DNA from: an uncultured Acidimicrobiaceae bacterium
Lineage (GTDB): Bacteria > Actinomycetota > Acidimicrobiia > Acidimicrobiales > Palsa-688
DNA: 64,000 nucleotides
NCBI GenBank assembly: GCA_963750465.1
Contig: CAVVRE010000007.1
Span: forward strand, 21,818-85,817
Direction of reading: 5' to 3'
A program made the translations under genes and the position numbers. Under the pieces are notes generated by a model. The model did not search any database and had not been told where the DNA came from. It saw only the letters and a program-made list of their open reading frames with translations. This document shows, in pieces, positions 1 through 9,769 of the stretch (its first letter is position 1; each line of letters opens with the position of its first letter).

Positions 1-2140
1 GCGCGTCACCACCAAAAGCAGCGGGCCGCTCGAGGCCAGCGACGCCAGTTCCGCCGTCAAGCGGAGCGAAGTTGGGTCGGACCAGTGCAGGTCCTCCAGG
101 GCGAGCACAGTCGGGCCGTGGGAGACGAGCTTGGCCAGCAGCGAGCGCACCGCCGCGAACGTGACGTGCTGCAGCTCCGCTGGGCCCATCCGGCCCAGAT
201 GGGCCCCGTCCGGCCCTGGTGGCATCCCCATCATGTGGGCCAGCACGGGCAGGAGGTCGCTGTACTTGCCTAAGACAGCGCGCACGGCCGATCCGAGGGC
301 GGGGCGCAGCACCGCCTCCCCGGCCTCCAGGGGTGCCCCGATGAAGCGACACAGGAGCTGCTGATAGGCCCCGTACGGGGTAGAGGAGGCGTAGGACGCA
401 CATCGGCCCTCCAGCCACAGCGGCAGCCGCCCCGACGCCGCCCCCACCCAGCCCATGAAGAACTTTCGGCACTCGCCGACGAGGCGCGTCTTGCCGATCC
501 CGGGCTCACCTGTTAGGACGACCGCCCCGCCTTTGCCGGCCACGGCTTCGCGAACGGCTTCCGTGAGCACCGCTCGCTCGGCGTGACGCCCGACCAGGGT
601 GGCCCGCGCCGCCAGACGACGACGGCCGGCTTCGGCTTCTGATCGTGGCTTCGCTCCCACGAGGTAACTCCCGCTTAGCGGGTGAGCGCCGGAGGACATG
701 CCTATGTCCTGGCTCGGCCCCCAGTCGAAGATCTCTTCGGCCGCGGCACGCGTGGATGGGCCGACGAGCACGGTGCCGGGCTTAGCGGCTGATTGCAGCG
801 CAGCGGCAGCGCCGACCACCTCGCCTATCGCCCCGTACCGCACCTGGTCACCGTCACCCATCGGCCCCACTACCGCCGTCCCGGACTCGACCCCAATGCG
901 TACGGAAAGGACCGCCATTGGGGGGCCCGCTTGCTCTGGGCGTCCGCCGATAAAGGCGTTGCCACGAGCCACCGGTCGGCCCACCGCAGCCGCGATGCGC
1001 AACGAGGCGCGGCAGGGCCCGCTCTGGGTCATCCTCGTGGGCCAGCGGGGCGCCAAAGAGCACCAACATGCCGAAGCCGGAGATCGATGCCACCGTGCCG
1101 CCGAACGCCTCCACCTCGGTCATCGTTTGAGCCAGGCCGGCACTGATCAGCTCCCGGAGGTCTTCTGGGTCGGCCTGGCCGCCGAGACCCGGCGGGGCGA
1201 GATCGACAAAAACAACGCTCACCAGCCGGCGTTCCTCCCCCTGTCGAACGGCGGCGACGCCTGGCCTAACCGGCGAGGTCTGTTCCCTAAGCCCCGGCAT
1301 TCGGCCGTCCGCGTTGGCCCGCACTTCCTCGAGGGCCGGCGAGGTCTTTATGCCCAGGTTGGCGAGCGCGGCGCTGCAGCGTTCATAAACTGCAACGGCC
1401 AGGGGGCGACGGCCTTGAGCGACGTACAACTGCATGAGCGCGGCGGCCGCCTCCTCGTCGGTTTGGTCCGCCTCCAGGCACGCCTGCCAGGCCTGAAGGA
1501 CCTCTTCGGGGTGAGCGCGCCCAATACCGCGGGAGCGGTCGCGGGCCAGCTCCAAGCGAGCCTCTTGGCGGAGGTACTCGACCCGTTCCCCTACCCGGGC
1601 CGCCCAATCAGCCTCGGGCTCGTCTTCGAGCGGGGCCCCGCCTGTTGACAGGACCTCGACGAGAGCAGCGTCTCGTGCCTGGCCCGGCAGAACCTGCAGC
1701 GCGGCCCGAAGCGCCCGCTCGTGGACGTCGAGGTCCACAATTAGCGAGACGGCCGGGTCGGCCCAAATTTGGCTCCGGTCGGCACGGAGCAAGCCAGCTG
1801 CCTCCGGCCCCAGCTGTTTCAGCGCCGTTCGTGCCATCGATTGGGCCTTGTAAAGCGAATGTGCGGCCGCCTCGAGCGAAAGCGACGGGAACAGCGCCTC
1901 GCACGCCGCCTCCCGGCTGATCCTGCGCCCGGGGCTAACCAGAACGAGCTGGCACAGGCGCCGGGCGCTTGGGCGCGGCCATGAGCCAACGCTGCGGCCT
2001 CCAGCGGTCACGATGAACCGCCCGAGCAGCCTGACGTCGATGACCGGGGGACGGCTGCCATGTGCGGGCTCCGGAACCACGTTGACCATTCTCTCAGGCA
2101 CCCGCGGCGCGGGGGTGCTCCGGGCAGCTTTTACGCCCAT
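1..2140 (-). CDS. Large multidomain regulator running off the left edge. Domain order is N-terminal SARP module (OmpR-type winged helix + BTAD), class III adenylyl/guanylyl cyclase catalytic domain, then AAA/NB-ARC-like ATPase (Walker A GEPGIGKTRL). It is interrupted by an apparent 1-nt frameshift near position 1000, and the start is uncertain (TTG 2209, ATG 2140 or ATG 2089)
   Basis: The minus ORF 854..2209 contains 'IDVRLLGRF...GRSVGSWPRPSARRL...' (SARP DNA-binding) and BTAD-like helices. Cyclase motifs follow: 'RRLVSVVFVDL...GFGMLVLFGAPLAHEDDPERAL'. After a shift, hand translation of the minus strand at 480-1000 gives 'LRIAAAVGRPVARGNAFIGG...RIGVESGTAVVG...RYGAIGEVVGAAAALQSAAKPGTVLVGPSTR' (cyclase C-lobe). 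That frame continues into 'LVGRHAERAVLTEAVREAVAGKGGAVVLTGEPGIGKTRL' (ATPase). Confidence 0.6.
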
Positions 2141-2141
2141 C

Positions 2142-2486
2142 TCAAACGTAGAGCGCCGCGCCGCCGGCCTGGAGGCCACTAAGACGAGACGACCAAGCAT
2201 TCGGGGCAATTTGCTTTACCCGAGCCGGAGCCGCAGGGCTGTCGTAGAACGGTAAGCCGTAAGAGGGAGTGACGCCGTCGAAGAGCGCGGCGCCTCCGGA
2301 CGGCAGCCCACTGAGACGAGTTGACCATGCATTAGGGGCGGTTCCTGTGGCACCGCTCCGGGTCCCGGCGTCAATGTGTGCTGCCGGCTTTTGTGCCGCC
2401 GAGGCACCTGCGCTCAACGTCGCGATGGAGATAAGTGCGACGACCGCCGTGCTGGCAACCCTGGCAGCGAGTTTCTTCGTGTTCAT
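2142..2486 (-). CDS. Small secreted protein (signal peptide) with an internal duplicated ~19-aa motif APNAWS(T/S)RLSGL..GGAAL
   Basis: ORF 114 aa. N-terminus 'MNTKKLAARVASTAVVALISIATLSAGASA' looks like a signal peptide. AAGGAG RBS sits 5 nt upstream of the ATG. Two near-identical repeats occur at residues ~50-68 and ~94-112. Confidence 0.6.
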   Translation of the reverse strand: MNTKKLAARVASTAVVALISIATLSAGASAAQKPAAHIDAGTRSGATGTAPNAWSTRLSGLPSGGAALFDGVTPSYGLPFYDSPAAPARVKQIAPNAWSSRLSGLQAGGAALYV

Positions 2487-2688
2487 GTCGGCTCCTTTGG
2501 TTGGCTATGCGTTGTTGCATTGATGGCCATGTTGAAGGAGCCGTTTTCCCAAAACTTCCCCATGGCATTGGTGGTCGCCCGAACGACTGGGCCCGTCAGG
2601 AACCCGACCTGTGTTCTCGAGGATCGCCGGTTCCAAAGCATCGACAGCAGACCGCCGGTGTAGTGTGGCGACGCGTCAGAGCGCAGAG

Positions 2689-3216
2689 CTAGCCTGACGG
2701 TGTTGCCGGCCACGCCCAGGCACCGGGCGACGGCGTTGATGCCCATATGCTCGGCTTCGTCGCAGCCTGCAGCGGATCTCGGCCCAGCCCTCCACGTTTA
2801 TCACCTTTCTGTCCCCCTGGTCGGCACACGACCAGGGGGATTGGCCACCGAACCTGCACTTGTGGACCTGACACGGGGTCAAATCTCGGTTGTCGGTAGG
2901 GGACGCTTCTACGTCGTGTCAAGCCGTTGCGGACTGCCTCGAGCTTCCTGAACAAGTGGCGTGCGACATAGCGTTTTAGGCAGCTCTTTTGATGTCTTGC
3001 CCTCAGCGGTCTGCCGGGACACGTAGGCCTTGGTCCGAGCGTAGAGGCGCGGCGAACGAGGACAATGATGTACAACGCCCGGGTTAGCTGGCGGTCGCCG
3101 GTGCGGTTCAGCCGGCGACGGACCGTCTCCACGCTGGAGGTCTCTGGGGGGCCACTCCGGCCAGTTTGGCGAAGGGTGCCTCCGAACGGGCCCCTGCCCC
3201 TGTGGGCGAGCCTCAC
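2689..3216 (-). pseudogene. IS110-family transposase remnant. Only the C-terminal Transposase_20-like part is present, followed by read-through
   Basis: 'RRRLNRTGDRQLTRALYIIVLVRRAS...RARHQKSCLKRYVARHLF' aligns with the IS110/IS116/IS902 C-terminal motif (GKRR.SKRGN.RLRRALY..A...R....RARGKPKKVALVAVARKLL). No DEDD N-terminal domain is present. The adjacent 3240-3540 segment is low-GC. Confidence 0.45.
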
Positions 3217-3546
3217 CCGGAGGCGCCGCCACGACGCCTAGCTACCTGACGCTGAACCAATAGGGACCCAAGAGGGCTGCAGCACCTTAGGCTCCCAGAT
3301 CTGGTTTTTATGCACGCTGGGTCTGACTGGCAAAGACCGCGACTTGACAAGTTCATAATCGTTATGCGTGCTCACTGGCCATTTCCAAGCCCTACATAAT
3401 CTCGGATATTACCTCCCACAAAAGCCAATGTCAGCTAGTGCGTGAAACACACGGCAAGCCTCGGCTATTCTTCTGCAATTGGGCAATCATTTCCAGAGAG
3501 GCTACTTATAATCGCGCCAAGCTCCAACCCACAGCGCGCGTCGGTG

Positions 3547-3952
3547 ACGACCAAACTACGCGACACCTCCGGAGCTCGCTGCCCGGAAGGCGTCGGCCAC
3601 GAAGAAACGGCTAACCACCCGTATTGCCGCGGCGCGTTTGTTCTCCGGGGCCGTGGCCCGGCTTGCCGAGGCCAAAGCCGCCTGGGAGCGCGCCCAAGCC
3701 GAAACTCAGCGCGTCCAGGCCGAGGCGGCAGAGGACCTCCTCCGCTCCGGCCGGCAGCCTGACGAGGTGGCCAAGCTGCTCGGCATCTCAGTAAGACGGA
3801 CTGCTCTCCAAGGCCAACGCCAGCGCGGCCGACAGGGCCCTGACTCGGCTGGCGGCAGCGCAGACGAGCTCGACCAGGTCACACCCTGTGCGCCTGTACT
3901 CAGAGCGTTCGCGAGCGGTGAGCCGGCCTCTCTCCCGACCCTTGCTTGCTAG
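3547..3952 (+). CDS. Small hypothetical protein with a putative HTH ('EVAKLLGISVRRT'). Possible recombination-directionality or regulatory protein of the islet, with TTG/alternative start
   Basis: Open frame after TGA at 3544-3546. Helix-turn-helix-like segment present. It sits between the IS remnant and the integrase. Confidence 0.3.
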
Positions 3953-4066
3953 GAGCCATAGGTCACGTCGGCGCCCAGCGCTTTGGTGTGATTGAGCGTG
4001 CGCGTGGCCTGGCGCGCTCGAGGCTCGTCGAACACCGAATACGGGCCGCTGCGATTGTGGACACCC

Positions 4067-5316
4067 TTACTGCGGACTGGCCGTCGGCAGTGCAAACCGG
4101 GTGCCAAGCAGCTCGGCTGCGGCACGGTCGCGCTCCTGAACCGCGTGGGCGTACACGCGGAGGGTGACAGACGGATCAGCGTGCCCGAGCCGACTGGCAA
4201 CTGTCCGCGCGTCCACACCGCCACCGATCAGTTCCGTCGCCGATAAGTGCCTCAAGTCATGGAACCGGAACGGCCAGGGCTGGCCCGTCTCCCGCTCCAG
4301 GGTGTCGCATAGGTGTGCGAACGCTCGCGTGATGCTGTCTGGCGTTCGTGGCGCCAATCCTTCCACGCTTGTCGCCCACACGTAGGCGCCATCACCGACG
4401 GCCACCCCAGCCATCCTGGCATCAGTGTCGGCACGCTGGCGTCTGGCGGCGAGCAGCCCGATGCATGCCGCGTCGAGCGCGATCGTGCGCACCCGGTGCG
4501 TCTTTGTGTCCTTGACGCCAGTTTCGGATCGGACTTCCCATACAGACCGGCGGAAGGTGAGCTTCTGGCGCGCCCAATCGATATCTCCCCATTGCACGCC
4601 GCAGAGCTCACCACGCCGGCAGCCCGTCATGATCGCGAAGAGGACGATCGATCCAAGGTCGGGTGAGGCCCCTTGCTCAGCGCGCAGTACGAGAGTTTCT
4701 GTTTGCTCAATGCTTGGCACGTGAAGTTCGGGCGGCGCGGGCGTAGTGACCGTCGCGTTGAGTGCGACGTTTCGGTCGACCCACTCCCACTTCTTAGCCT
4801 GGTTCAGCGCAGCGCGTAATACCCGGTGGTGGTGGACCACGCCCGCTTGACTCATGCCCTCGGCGCGCCAGTGAGCGTAGAGCTGGTCCACGTCGCGCGC
4901 ACCAAGAGCCGACAGGGCCACGTTGCCGATTGCAGCCTTGAAGCGCTCAGCGCGGATGCTGTAACCGTGCCGGGTCGTTTGGGCCGGCCGACCGACTCGC
5001 AATGCGCCAGCCATTCGTCCAGCACTTCCCCAACCGTCCTGGTGTCCGGTTGGGGCTCAGGGTCGAGCGCTGGCTCGGCTTTGGCATCGCGGGAATAGAC
5101 GTACCGGCCAGCCTCAACGTCGGCAACGAGCGCGGCCAGCGCTGCGCGGGCGGCCCGGATGCTGGCGCCACGTTCCGCACGGGGCGCCACGAACGTTCGC
5201 ACGGCCTGCCGCTGAGTCGCCTTGTCGTAGTATCGGAGCTCGTAATGACTTGCCGAACGCTCCCTTGTCGATCCGGGGCCCTTCTTCCGGTTGCGGCCCA
5301 GCGGTGGCGTGGCTAC
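4067..5316 (-). CDS. int: Tyrosine-type site-specific recombinase / phage integrase, with an apparent frameshift at ~4985 inside a GGCCGGCC repeat. The exact start is unresolved
   Basis: C-terminal catalytic region 'HDLRHLSATELIGGGVDARTVASRLGHADPSVTLRVYAH' (R..H-R-Y). The N-terminal arm/SAM-like region 'GRNRKKGPGSTRERSASHYELRYYDKATQRQAVRTF...TVGEVLDEWLAH' lies in the other frame (ORF 4852..5460). The two frames join at 'ESVGRP/AQTTRHGYSIRAERF'. Confidence 0.7.
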
Positions 5317-5408
5317 CTCGTCGCGGCTGCGAGTGCTCCGTGGAGAGCTGGCGAAAGGGCCAAGGTTGGCGGCTTTCAGGAGGGTAACCGAGGGCAAAAC
5401 CCCAGCTA

Positions 5409-5494
5409 GGGCGCGTGGTGGAATGGCAGACACGATGGACTCAAAATCCATTGGCCGCAAGGCCGTGAGGGTTCAAGTCCCTCCGCGCCCACCC
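5409..5494 (+). tRNA. tRNA-Leu (anticodon CAA), class II with long variable arm
   Basis: Hand-folded. 7-bp acceptor stem GGGCGCG/CGCGCCC, 3-bp D stem GTG/CAC, anticodon stem ATGGA/TCCAT with loop CT-CAA-AA, variable stem-loop GGCC-GCAA-GGCC, T stem GAGGG/CCCTC with loop TTCAAGT, discriminator A. CCA is not fully encoded (ACCC). Confidence 0.85.
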
Positions 5495-5939
5495 TGTGTT
5501 GATCACAAAGTGCCTGGTCAGGAACTTGCTCGGATAAAGCACCAGTAGGACGTTCGGGGCTCCTGCCGGAGGTCGCACGTGACCTATCAGCCCCAATCAG
5601 GCACCGAGCCGCCCAGGGTCTGGTTGGCGACCCCGTAAAGGCCGGGCGGCGAATGGGAAGAACGGTCCGGTCCAGCCCCTCTGACATGTGGGAAGCTCCC
5701 TTTAGGCGATGATGGCTGCCGAAATGGTAACCGCCGGCCGCGCCCGTCGCCGCCTGGGATAGGTCGCGTCCCGCGGAGTGGTCGGCTTCGAGCGGTACGA
5801 TAAAGCTGGCGCGTGGGGCGCCGCCTGGTCCGCGGAAAGGGCTGAGCCCACCCGATAGAACAGCAGGCCTGTGCGTACAGTTCCTGGCCTCCTTTCGACC
5901 GGCATCGCGGACCGGCCGGTAGAGCGAAAGGAGTTCGCG

Positions 5940-7449
5940 ATGGCGACGGCGTCGCTGCCCCAAGACCCTGATCTCGACCAGCTCCGCAAGCAGGCCCGCG
6001 AGTTACAGCGCGCCGTCCGAAGCGGCGAGGCGGCCGCGCTGGCCCGGGTATCTAGATGGCACCCCGGAACGCCGGCCCCCAGTGCATTCCCGTTGACGGC
6101 CGCCCAGTTGGTCTTGGCACGCGAGCACGGCTTCGCCAGCTGGGCCCGCATGCGCCGGTACGTCCAGGTCGTAACGGCCCGCGCCTGGCCCCTGGACAGC
6201 CGGCACCGGAGCATGAAGCGCCGGCCGACCGGTTCCTTCGACTGGCGTGCCTGACTTACAGCGACGACGGACCTGCCAACCGTGCGGCCGCCGCCCAGCT
6301 CCTAGCCGAGCAGCCCGAGCTGCCCCGGCACAACCTGTTCGTGGCGGCGGCGTGCGCCGAGATGCCCGAGGTGCGCCGTCACCTCGCCGGGCGACAGGCC
6401 GCGGCGAGTGTTACCGGCGGACCACACGGTTGGTCGCCATTGCTGTACCAGGCCTACGCCCGCCACAACCCGGACGTCGACCTGGCGGCCACGCTGGAGA
6501 CGGCCCAGCTGCTGCTCGACGCCGGGGCCGACCCCAACGACGGCCGCTTCTGGCACGCTCTGCCCACCCCGTTCACGGCGCTCACGGGGGTGCTCGGCTA
6601 CGGCGAACACCGCCAACCCTGGCATCCGCACGCCATACCTTTCGCCCGGCTGCTATTGGAGTCGGGCGCCGACCCCAACGATGGCCAGGCCCTGTACAAC
6701 CGCATGTTCGGCACCAATGACGACCACCTGGAACTGCTCTTCGAGTACGGCCTTGGCCGTGACACCCGTGGCCCCTGGCACCGGCTGCTCGGCGAGTCCC
6801 TGGAGTCGCCCGCCGAAATGTTGCGGAGCCTGCTGGCCTGGGCGGTCACTCACGATCAGCGCCACCGCGTCGCCTTGCTCGCCGAGCACGGTGTCGACAT
6901 CATGAGCCCGTTCACCGAGCCACGCAGCCCTCGGCGGGGCACGCCGGTCGAAGTCGCACTGGTCAACGGCCACCGCGAGCTCGCCGACCAACTCCGCGCC
7001 CTCGGCTCCCCCCGCCCCGGCTAGGGGCGGCCGACACCTTCGTCGCCTCCGTCCTCGCCGGCGACACCGACGCAGTTCAGCAAACGCCCGCCAATGTAGT
7101 CGGCGCGGTGCGGCACAAGCGGAGCGGGCTGGTCACCTGGGCCGCGGCCCAAGGTGCACCCAACGCGGTCGAGCTGCTCGTCTCGGCCGGTTTCGACGTC
7201 AACGCACTCGGTCGCAGCGACATCCCGAGCAACGAGCCGTGGCACACGGCCCTACATGTCGCCGCCGAGACCGGCAACCTCGCCCTCGCCCAGACGTTGC
7301 TCGCACTGGGAGCCGACCCGGACATCCCCGACAAGCACTACCGGTCCACCCCCCTCGGCTGGCGCCGGTACTTCGGCCAGCCTGCGTTGGTCGAACTGCT
7401 TGAGCCGCTTGCACCGACACCTTGCACCCTCGTCCCCCTTCGAGAGTGA
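5940..7449 (+). CDS. Ankyrin-repeat protein, with two apparent frameshifts at ~6200 and ~7015. The second lies in a C6/C4 homopolymer run
   Basis: ATG at 5940 is preceded by GAAAGGAG. N-terminus 'DLDQLRKQARELQRAVRSGEAAALARV...LTAAQLVLAREHGFASWARMRRYV'. Repeats include 'LLLDAGADPNDG' and 'LLLESGADPNDG'. The third-frame piece 'FVASVLAGDTDAVQQ...HTALHVAAETGNLALAQTLLALGADPDIPD' ends with TGA at 7447-7449. Confidence 0.65.
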
Positions 7450-7795
7450 CGTTCCGGCTTATGCTCCGGCCGACGAGGCCAGCCGTGATCACGAGGGCAC
7501 CTTTGTGCCGTACCCGCACTGTCTCGCTGGATCGTCGAGCAGGCGATTTGGCCCCGTGCCCTTGGAGTCGCGTGCTCTCCGGGTGAACCGCACCGGTGGA
7601 GAGAAGCGGGGATTCTGGTAGGAGCAATCCGCTGTCGCGTCGAAAGACGTACACGCCGGGACAGACAGGGAGAGGCGAATCAGATCCCCGGTTCAATAGA
7701 TCGGACGTCGCGGCCGACGCTCTGCCCTCTTCGAGCCCGCCATCGGCCACGGGAACACGGTTGAAGTAGCCCAACCCTCTCGGGCCAGACACCGA

Positions 7796-7826
7796 CAGAT
7801 TATCCCGGTAAAGCCTGGATAATCTG
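7796..7826. promoter_or_regulatory. Perfect 10-bp inverted repeat CAGATTATCC-N11-GGATAATCTG. It is AT-rich in a GC-rich background, ~310 bp upstream of the DinB_2 gene. Candidate operator or protein-binding site
   Basis: Seen directly: 7796-7805 and 7817-7826 are exact reverse complements. The surrounding 7450-8134 region has no convincing ORF. Confidence 0.4.
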
Positions 7827-8137
7827 GCTCCTAATTGTATATCAGCCATTGTGACCAAGAAGGGGCAGCGGTGGGGCGCGGCAGCAGGTCTGTCGAGGAC
7901 GCGTGTTATGGGCAGCACCCCCGGACGGCTTCGTCCACGGCCGCTCCTTAGGCGGGGTCCGCCGAGGTACTGGTCCGCCGTGGGCGTTAAATGTGGGACA
8001 GTTCTCGAGGTTGCCGTCTCTGAAGCAAGACGAGGGTTGGTGGAACTGCCGAACCGCGACGAGCCCGCTGGCCGAGTTGAGGGCCGCTAGCTCCTATAAA
8101 AGGCCAAAGAAGCAGGGTTCCGTGCCATGATCAGGTG

Positions 8138-8650
8138 ATGACCGAAGCACCCGATGACGAGAAGCAAACGCTGATGCGCTTCCTCGAATACCAGCGCGCC
8201 TCAGTTCTTTCCATAGTTGGGCAGCTTGACGAGGAGGCGTGGCACACCTCTGTGGTCCCTTCGGGCTGGACCCCAGCCGGCCTTGTCCAGCACCTGGGCG
8301 ATGCGGAGCGGCACTGGTTCCAGCAGGTCGTGGCCGGGTCGGGCGTCGAGCTGCCATGGGATGAAGGACGGCCGCCGTACGACCCAAACGCCGCGTTTAC
8401 CTGCGACCGGCCGGCAGAGGAAGTCGTCGCCTACTACTGCGACCAGTGCCGGCGCTCCGATGAGGTACTGGCCGTAACGCCGTTATCGGCGCCGCCCGTG
8501 GGCCGGCATGGCGACCCGGACTTAGAGGAGGAGATCACGTCGTTGCGCTGGGTCGTGCTGCACATGATCGAGGAGACGGCGGCTCACTCGGGCCATCTGG
8601 AGATCGCTCGTGAACTGCTCGACGGCCGGACCAAGCTGGGTCTGCGGTAG
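8138..8650 (+). CDS. DinB_2 / DUF664-family protein (DinB/YfiT-like metal-dependent hydrolase fold)
   Basis: 'LEYQRASVLSIVGQLDEEAWH...LVQHLGDAERHWF...LRWVVLHMIEETAAHSGHLEIARELLDG' matches the DUF664 signature. Confidence 0.7.
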   Translation: MTEAPDDEKQTLMRFLEYQRASVLSIVGQLDEEAWHTSVVPSGWTPAGLVQHLGDAERHWFQQVVAGSGVELPWDEGRPPYDPNAAFTCDRPAEEVVAYYCDQCRRSDEVLAVTPLSAPPVGRHGDPDLEEEITSLRWVVLHMIEETAAHSGHLEIARELLDGRTKLGLR

Positions 8651-8674
8651 CCGGCTCGTTACTATGCCTCACGC

Positions 8675-9652
8675 ATGAAGGTTCTGGTTACGGGGAGCGC
8701 CGGGCATCTTGGAGAAGCGCTTGTGCGGTCGTTGTCCGCGGACGGCCACGATGTCGTCGGGCTCGACCTCTTGAGCTCGCCTCAGATCCCTTCAGCTGGC
8801 TCGATCGTCGACCGTGATCTGGTCCGGCGCTGCACTCGAGGAGTGGACGCCGTGTTCCACACCGCTACCCTTCACAAACCCCATGTTGGTAGCCACGACC
8901 GGCAGTCGTTCGTCGATACGAACATCTCTGGAACGCTGAACCTGCTGGAGGCAGCAGTCGAATTCGAGGTGACCGCCTTCGTGTTCACCAGCAGCACGAC
9001 CACCTTCGGTCGTGCCCTTACGCCAGGTCCGGACGCACCGGCGGCTTGGATTACGGAGGATGTACAGCCCGTCCCGAAAAATATATACGGCGCCACAAAG
9101 ACCGCCGCCGAAGACCTGTGCCAGCTTTTGCAGCGGGACTCTGGCCTACCGTGTGTCGTCCTCCGGGTCTCTCGCTTCTTTCCGGAAGCCGACGACCGAG
9201 ACGAAGTCCGGGCCGCTTACGACGACCAAAACCTGAAGGTCAACGAACTGTTGTACCGGCGCGTCGATCTCCAAGACGTCGTGACCGCCCACCGCCTGGC
9301 CCTCGAAAAGGCTCCCGCGCTGGGCTTCGGCCGTTACATCATCAGTGCTACCACTCCATTCGCCCAAGACGACATGGCGGGCCTCGCCGCCGACGCGCCC
9401 AGCGTCGTGCGACGGCTCTACCCGGACTACGAAGAGATCTACGCCCGCCGAGGCTGGAAAATGCTACCGAGCCTCGACCGCGTGTACGTCAACAGCCGGG
9501 CGCGACGCGAGCTCGGGTGGGAGCCGCGATACGACTTCCGCCACGCGCTCCACTGCCTGCGATCTGGGCAGGATCCGCGCAGCCCGCTGAGTCTGGCGAT
9601 CGGCGCCAAGGGTTATCACTCCCGGCCGACGGGCGTATATACGCCAGAATGA
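8675..9652 (+). CDS. NAD(P)-dependent epimerase/dehydratase (SDR extended family)
   Basis: 'MKVLVTGSAGHLGEALV' Rossmann motif and a YxxxK-type region. Confidence 0.8.
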   Translation: MKVLVTGSAGHLGEALVRSLSADGHDVVGLDLLSSPQIPSAGSIVDRDLVRRCTRGVDAVFHTATLHKPHVGSHDRQSFVDTNISGTLNLLEAAVEFEVTAFVFTSSTTTFGRALTPGPDAPAAWITEDVQPVPKNIYGATKTAAEDLCQLLQRDSGLPCVVLRVSRFFPEADDRDEVRAAYDDQNLKVNELLYRRVDLQDVVTAHRLALEKAPALGFGRYIISATTPFAQDDMAGLAADAPSVVRRLYPDYEEIYARRGWKMLPSLDRVYVNSRARRELGWEPRYDFRHALHCLRSGQDPRSPLSLAIGAKGYHSRPTGVYTPE

Positions 9653-9769
9653 GATCTGCGAGCGCCGGGGCCCTTATTCGACGGCCGTTACGGAGCCAAA
9701 AAGCAAATAGAAGAGACGCCCGCCAACCTCTCGCCGCAGGGCCCCCGACGAAGGCCGGGCACGGCCGGA

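Noticed and set aside
4006-4016. GCGCGTGGCC near the int 3' end resembling the tRNA 5' acceptor/D-arm (GCGCGTGGTG)
   Set aside because: It is an 8/10 match only. That is too short to call an att repeat.
4852-5460. Minus ORF extending over tRNA-Leu
   Set aside because: Its upstream part overlaps the tRNA. Only the segment below ~5316 is used, as the integrase N-terminal domain.
5406-5963. 185-aa minus ORF
   Set aside because: It overlaps the tRNA and the ankyrin gene start and has no domain signal.
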